This document shows positions 57,692 to 64,000 of a stretch of DNA of 64,000 nucleotides, one piece after another; position 1 is the stretch's first letter; every line of letters starts with the position of its first letter. The stretch lies in IMG/VR virus record IMGVR_UViG_3300024308_000302, positions 124,001 through 188,000 of that record; one strand, given 5' to 3'. Position numbers and translations under genes: made by a program. Under the pieces are notes generated by a model that was given only the letters and a program-made list of their open reading frames with translations, was not told the DNA's origin and searched no databases.

Positions 57692-58852
57692 TCAAACAAC
57701 AAACATGTCCACGACCATTAAATCATCTTGATTCAAAGGTGTATCTGTTGAAAGTCCCAAATTATCTAATTTTTCTAGGACAGAAAAAGATGGATGAAAT
57801 GACTTGAAATAGTCAAGTTTATTCACAATGACATTATTAATTGACATTTCATGCTCTTTAACCATATCCAAAGTAAATTTTGAAGACGATTTTTTTAATT
57901 TTCCGTAAAAATAAGTATAAGTAACTAATCTATCATTCTTATATCTAATCAAAGGTGTTTCTTTATTCAAAAGACTTTGCCGGAAATTTGAATAGCTGGG
58001 GCTTTCATCAAGAGCACTGGTGTATTCATTAAATTTTGTAATATAGCTTACAGAAAAAACACGATTTGTTTTTCTAAATAAGCAATATTGATTATCTAAC
58101 GTTTTTAAAACCCGAATATTCTCAAGATTTAAATGCTTCAAATAAAACTCTTTTTTACCTTTTAATTGATCGTTAATACCTTCACGAGTATCCACATCAG
58201 CTAAAAATGAAAAAGGACTTGAAACTATCGTTGATGTAAAGAATGATTCAAAATCACTCAGATGAAAAATATTATTATCAACATAATAATAAACAACAGG
58301 ATCAGTTTTTACTTGATCATTATCATATATAGAATAAAAACTATATTTGAAAATATTTTTTAAAATTTTTTTTCTTTTGAAATAAATAATCTGATATTTT
58401 TTATGTTCCCGATAAATATGTGAATGATATTTATCAAAATCATATCTTTTATGAAATTTAGTTGTTTTTTTCACCAATTGATACATATGTTTAAGATGAT
58501 TATCAAAAGGAGTTTGATGAAAAGACTTAAAAAAACCATTATGGAAATTAACAAAGTCAATTAAATTTCTTTTTGGGATTTTAAATAGAATATTATTTTT
58601 AATGGTATCAACAACAAAATCATCTAAAGATAGTTGACTATCATCCATAGGAGTTGCATAGTTTATTTTTAGAAGTTTTCCTAGCTCATCATGTTGGATT
58701 GTGACATACATAATACGATCATCAAAATCAATAAATGCTTTCAAACCATTATTTGCATTGACATCGTAACGACAGTCACCCAGTTGAGTCACAAAAAAAT
58801 CTGGCTCACTGTATAAACAAATATTTAAAAAGTTAATAAGTTTATGGAGCAT
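57692..58852 (-). CDS. Hypothetical protein, C-terminal motif family
   Basis: Ends PS...PLNQDDLMVVDMFVV. Confidence 0.75.
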   Translation of the reverse strand: MLHKLINFLNICLYSEPDFFVTQLGDCRYDVNANNGLKAFIDFDDRIMYVTIQHDELGKLLKINYATPMDDSQLSLDDFVVDTIKNNILFKIPKRNLIDFVNFHNGFFKSFHQTPFDNHLKHMYQLVKKTTKFHKRYDFDKYHSHIYREHKKYQIIYFKRKKILKNIFKYSFYSIYDNDQVKTDPVVYYYVDNNIFHLSDFESFFTSTIVSSPFSFLADVDTREGINDQLKGKKEFYLKHLNLENIRVLKTLDNQYCLFRKTNRVFSVSYITKFNEYTSALDESPSYSNFRQSLLNKETPLIRYKNDRLVTYTYFYGKLKKSSSKFTLDMVKEHEMSINNVIVNKLDYFKSFHPSFSVLEKLDNLGLSTDTPLNQDDLMVVDMFVV

Positions 58853-58919
58853 AATAGATCCCAAAAATTAAATTTATAGAACCTTCATGATATCATAATT
58901 TTTGTAGGCTTACTAGATA

Positions 58920-59198
58920 TTAATCGCCACGAAAAACAAAATTGCTTGGTGGTAAAGATTTAGAAGGGCCTTCTTTATCAGCCAATGGTTGAATGGTGTA
59001 TAAAACGGTATCCCAGCTTTGATACTGAGTGTTAAACATATAGAGTTTTTTTGTTCTCATGTTCTGTTTGTAATTTTGATTATTGTGGTTATCAATGAAA
59101 TAAACAAAACCATCATAGATATAAGTACATTGAAGCGTTGATTTCGCTTTGTTTTCAACGGTTAAAAGATAAAGAGAGCCTTCATTATATGTTGTCAT
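58920..59198 (-). CDS. Hypothetical protein
   Basis: AAGGA SD. Confidence 0.7.
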   Translation of the reverse strand: MTTYNEGSLYLLTVENKAKSTLQCTYIYDGFVYFIDNHNNQNYKQNMRTKKLYMFNTQYQSWDTVLYTIQPLADKEGPSKSLPPSNFVFRGD

Positions 59199-59328
59199 TC
59201 CTTATACTCCATTAGAAAGGTTACAGGCAATTTGAAGATCAATCGCCTACATTTACATTATATAAAGATTCATATTTTTTACAAGGCCGTTTCAACAATA
59301 AATAAAATAAAAATTGTTTTTAGAAAAA

Positions 59329-59436
59329 GATAAACCTCTTCAAACTTACTTACACACATTAACATTAATAGAGCTGCTACCTTCCGGTCCTGACTCGGTT
59401 TTCAATGCAATGTTATAAGGGCCGAAGAGGTCTATC
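59329..59436 (-). ncRNA. ffs: Bacterial small SRP RNA (4.5S)-like gene
   Basis: 108-nt rod with 15-bp terminal helix and domain IV GAG-TCAGGACC-GGAA-GGTAGCAG-CTC. Confidence 0.9.
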
Positions 59437-59523
59437 ATTACAACAACAATAATAACAGAGATTCTAAAATATGCAAGCAAAAAAATAAAAAAAGCCACCA
59501 CAAGGTGACTTTATTTTTTAAGT

Positions 59524-59600
59524 TGGCCCAGCCAGCAGGAATCGAACCTGCAACCGTCCGCTTAGAAGGCGGATGCTCTATCCAATTGAGCTATGGCTGG
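59524..59600 (-). tRNA. tRNA-Arg(UCU)
   Basis: CCAGCCA...CT-TCT-AA...TGGCTGGGCCA. Confidence 0.95.
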
Positions 59601-59607
59601 ATAAGTT

Positions 59608-59694
59608 TGGAGCGGAGAAAACTTTCTCAACACTCCATCAGTGACACACCCCGCGACACCGCTGTCACCTTGTATCCTTTAGCGGATACCCCAC
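59608..59694 (-). ncRNA. Structured three-hairpin RNA, copy 2
   Basis: Homologous to 39131..39213. Confidence 0.75.
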
Positions 59695-59735
59695 TTGTTC
59701 TATTAATATAATCTCATAATCTAAATTAAAAATTC

Positions 59736-59956
59736 TTACTGCATTGGAAGCTCACCTCTGGCACTTATCAACTTTAATGAAATGTGAATTAAATTACTGA
59801 TTTTTACAGGTCATCATGTTCGTCTTTCATAGTAACACCTCTTTTTTAAATATCGTCAAATTCTTCTTTCATTATTTTATCCTCAATATGCTAAATCAAA
59901 ATAGTATCTAATAATATATTAGTGCTGCATTACTGGCTCACCTCCGAGCACCTATC
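59736..59956 (-). other. Cluster of four SD-led minigenes: MQH (59919..59930), MKEEFDDI (59846..59872), MKDEHDDL (59804..59830), MQ (59736..59744)
   Basis: Each ATG has GAGG(TG/A) a few nt upstream and an early TAA. Confidence 0.55.
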
Positions 59957-59983
59957 TAATTTTTTACTTCGTTTGTGTCATCT

Positions 59984-60012
59984 ATTCTAATTTATTCAAT
60001 ATTTGGTGTCAA
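59984..60012 (-). promoter_or_regulatory. Sigma70 promoter upstream of the minigene/ncRNA/tRNA-Arg unit
   Basis: TTGACA-17-TAGAAT. Confidence 0.8.
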
Positions 60013-60121
60013 TCATTTTTTTTATGCGAGAGCTATGATATTTTTCCTTATTTTTCAATTGTTTATCTTGTCTTGTTGATGAGAAGTATACAAAAAACAG
60101 GCATAGGCGTCAAGCATTTTT

Positions 60122-60535
60122 TTATGAGTTTTCAAATATTTTTATGCTTTCTAAAACTAACCACTCAACGAAGTGTTTAGTTTGTTTTTTTGACAGATTA
60201 ATAGAAATGTTTGTATTGGCTGGGAATGTCAAAAATGTGATTTTAGTATCATTATTAGATAGCTTCCAATGAAAAATGTTGTTTTCAATATTAATGCCTA
60301 ACACACCACCTTGCAAAAAATGAAGTCTTAAATCATAGCCATACATATCTTTATCAACACAAGGCTCGCCAACAACAAAGCAATTTGGATTATAATATTT
60401 TTTAATCGAAATGATTTCAACAGAGGCAAAGTGATCTTTTATACAATAAGCGGCATCATTTTCATTATACGCATAGATAGGTGTCTCATATTGAACATTA
60501 TCTACAATATATCTGGCATAGAAATAAGAAAACAT
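60122..60535 (-). CDS. Hypothetical protein, paralog of 60652..61122
   Basis: MFSYF...FVVGEP...YGYDLR..F..G. Confidence 0.75.
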   Translation of the reverse strand: MFSYFYARYIVDNVQYETPIYAYNENDAAYCIKDHFASVEIISIKKYYNPNCFVVGEPCVDKDMYGYDLRLHFLQGGVLGINIENNIFHWKLSNNDTKITFLTFPANTNISINLSKKQTKHFVEWLVLESIKIFENS

Positions 60536-60651
60536 AAATATACCTCAATTTTATACTTTCTATATTACATGGAATATAGCAATATAGCAAAACATAATAA
60601 TTAAAAACGACAAAAGGAGCCGAAGCCCCCTTTTATATCGATTAAAATATA

Positions 60652-61122
60652 TTAAACTGTTACTGCTATTGTTGAATGGAGTTTAATGATAGCTGCACTC
60701 AGGCGATCAATAAGGTGTGATTCATCAATTTCTTCAAGAACAATACTTGAAATTTCATTTTGCTCAATATCATGAACAATGGCTTTACCAATTTCAGTAA
60801 TTTCAAACTCATCCTCAAGACGAATAACTTTTTCAGGATAAGGTTGATACTCAAAAACATAGGTGCTTTCAAAAACATCAACACCGATCAAGCCTTTATT
60901 GAAAAACTGTTGACGTACATTGTATCCATGCAGTCCTTTTTCAACCTTCAACGGCTCTACAACAAAAAATTGAAGATCTGGATATTCAATAACATCTAAG
61001 ATTTCTGCATCAGGTTCTTTATTTTTGAATTCAATGCCAACATCCTTAGCATTAAAGCCAACAACGACAGTGGCTGCTGATTCACCATTCAAATTGTATT
61101 TAATTAAAAAATAAGGAAACAT
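60652..61122 (-). CDS. Hypothetical protein
   Basis: MFPYF...FVVEP...HGYNVR..F..G. Confidence 0.75.
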   Translation of the reverse strand: MFPYFLIKYNLNGESAATVVVGFNAKDVGIEFKNKEPDAEILDVIEYPDLQFFVVEPLKVEKGLHGYNVRQQFFNKGLIGVDVFESTYVFEYQPYPEKVIRLEDEFEITEIGKAIVHDIEQNEISSIVLEEIDESHLIDRLSAAIIKLHSTIAVTV

Positions 61123-61134
61123 ATAGAACTCCTA

Positions 61135-61461
61135 TTATTCCGAAAAGATAACAACATCAACAGCAGAAGTTGAAAAAATGAGGTTCCATTGCTGAAAGTC
61201 ATGTTCACTATTAAAATCATTTTGACTAAGTTTGCGAACAGCAGCCGCATAATCTTTGAAAAATGCAAGTGCTTTTGTTTGGTCCAGATCTTGAAGGTTC
61301 ACAATAGCACCAGAAGGAATTTCCTTAAAGGTAGTACCTACAAGAACAGTCTGTTCCTCTTCATCAAGCGTCCAAACTTTAACACAATCTGGGGCTTGTT
61401 TTGCAAAAAAAGTCCAACTGTCAGTTACAACACCTACCGCGATAATGGTTTTGGAAGTCAT
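61135..61461 (-). CDS. Hypothetical protein
   Basis: GGAG SD. Confidence 0.7.
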   Translation of the reverse strand: MTSKTIIAVGVVTDSWTFFAKQAPDCVKVWTLDEEEQTVLVGTTFKEIPSGAIVNLQDLDQTKALAFFKDYAAAVRKLSQNDFNSEHDFQQWNLIFSTSAVDVVIFSE

Positions 61462-61466
61462 AAAGA

Positions 61467-61916
61467 TTACTCCGAAAAATAGAATTTTGAGATAGCTGAG
61501 TAAACATCATCTGCTTTCTGTTTAGAAAAGAATTGTACCACAATTGGTTTATATTTGGAATGGAATTTTACAGAGAAAGTGTAAAATTCAATACGAGAAC
61601 CAGACCCAAAATAACAGTAGAAAAGATCTTCACTTTTGAGGATATTAGCAAATTCATCAGACAAAGAGACATCGTTTAGATCAATAAAGTCATTTTGAAG
61701 ATTAGAGATAAAAGAAATATTTTTTCTTGAAACCTTCATAGAAAAATCAACAAAATCTTCAACCATTTTATTTAATGGGTTAATAAAAAGACATTGATTT
61801 TCAATGACAAATGTATCAGATGGCAGAACAAAATCATTAGACTGATTATAATTTCTGCTCAAAACATTAGGAGGAATCATAAAATGAACAATATTAGAAG
61901 ATTCGTGATTTTTCAT
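61467..61916 (-). CDS. Hypothetical protein
   Basis: 149-aa ORF. Confidence 0.65.
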   Translation of the reverse strand: MKNHESSNIVHFMIPPNVLSRNYNQSNDFVLPSDTFVIENQCLFINPLNKMVEDFVDFSMKVSRKNISFISNLQNDFIDLNDVSLSDEFANILKSEDLFYCYFGSGSRIEFYTFSVKFHSKYKPIVVQFFSKQKADDVYSAISKFYFSE

Positions 61917-61972
61917 AAAATAATCTCATTGATTTGAAGCCATATGATAACAAAATAAAGAAGAAAAAACAA

Positions 61973-61995
61973 GAAAAACCTCCGAAGAGGTTTTC
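61973..61995 (-). terminator. Intrinsic terminator
   Basis: AAAACCTC-TTCG-GAGGTTTTT. Confidence 0.8.
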
Positions 61996-62008
61996 TAAAA
62001 GAGAGTTA

Positions 62009-62464
62009 TTAACGGTTCCAATAATTTTCACTATCAACCCAACTGCCGGGTTCAGGTGCTACAGTAGGATATGAATTCAAGTCTTTTGAACAAATTTCAA
62101 AAATATCAGTAGTTCCTTGCGTGATTACATGGTTGCCTTTTTGTATACCTGCTGGCATGTTAGTTGGAAAACCATATAAATTATAGCCAATTATAGATCC
62201 ATTTAATTGAGCTATCACATTACCCTTTTTATAAGGATATGTATCAGCATTATATTCAGCATAAAAAGTAGTTGAATTAAACGTGCATGGAACAGGTTCT
62301 TCTGGGATTACAGGAGTTTCAGTCTCTAAACTTGAAATAATGATTGCATTATTAGGTAAATGTCCACCACGATCAAGTTCTAATGGGATTTTCATTACAA
62401 AATCGGCAAAAACAAGCGGGCTTAAAAACAATAATGTTAATGTAAATAGCGATGTCTTTTTCAT
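62009..62464 (-). CDS. Secreted protein, K(I/V)PLE family
   Basis: Signal peptide then DFVMKIPLELDRGGHLPNNAIII. Confidence 0.8.
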   Translation of the reverse strand: MKKTSLFTLTLLFLSPLVFADFVMKIPLELDRGGHLPNNAIIISSLETETPVIPEEPVPCTFNSTTFYAEYNADTYPYKKGNVIAQLNGSIIGYNLYGFPTNMPAGIQKGNHVITQGTTDIFEICSKDLNSYPTVAPEPGSWVDSENYWNR

Positions 62465-62571
62465 AATCTTAAAATAGTTATCCTAATAATATTATACACT
62501 ATAATATATATATAACAAATAAAAAACCATCATAAGATGGTAATTATTAAGACAACATATAATTAATATAG

Positions 62572-63207
62572 TTACAATGCTATATTAACGCCAACAGATT
62601 CAAACTCTTGAATGATACCACTATTCCAATCATCACTTGGATTATGAACATCCGCCATACAATTACCATTGCTGGACATATAATACAAATTAGTAACAGT
62701 AGCTCCATAACTTGAAGCAATGCCATCAACTGTACTTCTTTTATCCAAGCAAGCAGTTTCAGCAGCATTATCATTACCACCCCATAATGGATGATTTAAT
62801 ACTGGTTTAGTATTTAAATTGTCACCACATATTTGATAATAGTTTGCTTGCATAATTGAATTCATTAATTTACCACGCTTAACACCAGAAGGAATCTGTT
62901 GAGGATAACCAGCTAAATTATAGCCAATGAGATCACCATTGTAATAATATTCTGTATCGCCAACAGTATAAGGAGTTTCTGGTTTTCCAAGTTTAACAAC
63001 GACAATAAAATCACCATTGTCAGGATTGAAAAGACAATTAGAATCATTATCTGGGTTGCTTTCATTACCGTTACCAATGATAATACTATTATCTGGTAAA
63101 CGACCACCATTAAGAACTTCCAAAGGAACTTTAGCAGTATAAGTAGCTGCAAAAGATAATGGTGTTATCAATACAGTGAGAAGCATTATTTGTTTTGTTA
63201 TATTCAT
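62572..63207 (-). CDS. Secreted protein, K(I/V)PLE family
   Basis: Signal peptide then TYTAKVPLEVLNGGRLPDNSIIIG; start revised to MNITK. Confidence 0.8.
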   Translation of the reverse strand: MNITKQIMLLTVLITPLSFAATYTAKVPLEVLNGGRLPDNSIIIGNGNESNPDNDSNCLFNPDNGDFIVVVKLGKPETPYTVGDTEYYYNGDLIGYNLAGYPQQIPSGVKRGKLMNSIMQANYYQICGDNLNTKPVLNHPLWGGNDNAAETACLDKRSTVDGIASSYGATVTNLYYMSSNGNCMADVHNPSDDWNSGIIQEFESVGVNIAL

Positions 63208-63296
63208 AAAAGAAAAGATATAATTATTCAATAATATTTTAATATATCACAAAGGATAGTCAATAAAAAAACATCCGAAGATGTTTTTATTTTTGA

Positions 63297-63908
63297 TTAC
63301 ATACCAATACCAATACCAATTTCATTAAAATCATGTACAATACCATCCCAACCACCTTCTGGATACCTAACATCTGCCATACAATTACCACTGATGTAAT
63401 ATAACCCAGTAACAATCGTTCCATAATTTGCAGCAATAGCATCAGCTTCTGATCTCTTATTTAGACAAGCTTGTTGTTGAGGATCTGACGGAATACTTGG
63501 AAGCCCAGGTGGTGGTACGGCAGGATAGCTACCTAAGTTATCACCACAAATCTCATAAAGTTCACCATATTCATCAGTTGACATGAATTTACCAGCAGAT
63601 AGACCTGCTGGAACATTAACACCATCTTCTGTTGAATAACCAATGAGGTTAGAATTATATGAATAATAAGTTCCACTCTCTTCTATAATGACAAAAGTAC
63701 CAGAATTTTCATCATAATTATATTCACAATTACCTAATTCTGGAGTAGTTGGTTTAGGCGATGAAACATCACCAATGATAATGCTATTGTTTGGTAATCT
63801 GCCACCATTATTGACTTCTAATGGAATTTTAGCAATATAATCAGCAAAAGAAAAGTTTAAAGAAGCTATTAATGCAGCAAATAGAAGAGGTTTTTTTATA
63901 TTTATCAT
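63297..63908 (-). CDS. Secreted protein, K(I/V)PLE family
   Basis: Signal peptide then DYIAKIPLEVNNGGRLPNNSIIIG. Confidence 0.8.
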   Translation of the reverse strand: MINIKKPLLFAALIASLNFSFADYIAKIPLEVNNGGRLPNNSIIIGDVSSPKPTTPELGNCEYNYDENSGTFVIIEESGTYYSYNSNLIGYSTEDGVNVPAGLSAGKFMSTDEYGELYEICGDNLGSYPAVPPPGLPSIPSDPQQQACLNKRSEADAIAANYGTIVTGLYYISGNCMADVRYPEGGWDGIVHDFNEIGIGIGM

Positions 63909-64000
63909 TATATAAGTAATTGTTTTAATTAAATAATACTATGAGTTACATACAAGTCAATATATTTACAAAAATAAAAAAGCCCCGAAGGGCCATTTTA

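Overview
Very AT-rich, gene-dense 64 kb segment that reads like the early/accessory, tRNA-rich arm of a large (jumbo-type) lytic phage. The host is probably Pseudomonas-like, inferred from NhaP and SCP2 proteins that resemble Pseudomonas ones. No virion or replication genes are in the window, so a megaplasmid cannot be strictly excluded. Most genes are short and on the - strand, many with their own sigma70-type promoter (TTGACN-17-TATAAT) and a C(UUCG)G intrinsic terminator. Recognisable proteins: ABC-type ATPase, trypsin-like lipoprotein, zinc-ribbon/PD-(D/E)XK homing-type endonuclease, Acb1-like 2H phosphoesterase, MmcQ/YjbR, NhaP, WHH nuclease toxin plus SUKH immunity, GNAT, MYG1, Pth2, NADAR-like, NUDT16-like Nudix and SCP2. 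The main interest is the RNA complement. There are 15 sense tRNAs (six of them Leu-UAA), two amber (CUA) tRNAs with conserved tandem U-U acceptor mismatches, and a complete 4.5S SRP RNA-like gene. There is also a circularly permuted tRNA-Leu mimic in its own transcription unit, several other aberrant tRNA-like RNAs, a duplicated covarying structured RNA, a tandem 50-nt pseudoknot repeat and a cluster of four SD-led minigenes. About 12 otherwise divergent proteins share a C-terminal L-x-L-L-x-M-x-x-I-COOH motif, and five secreted proteins share an N-terminal K(I/V)PLE motif. All structures were derived by eye; no searches were run.
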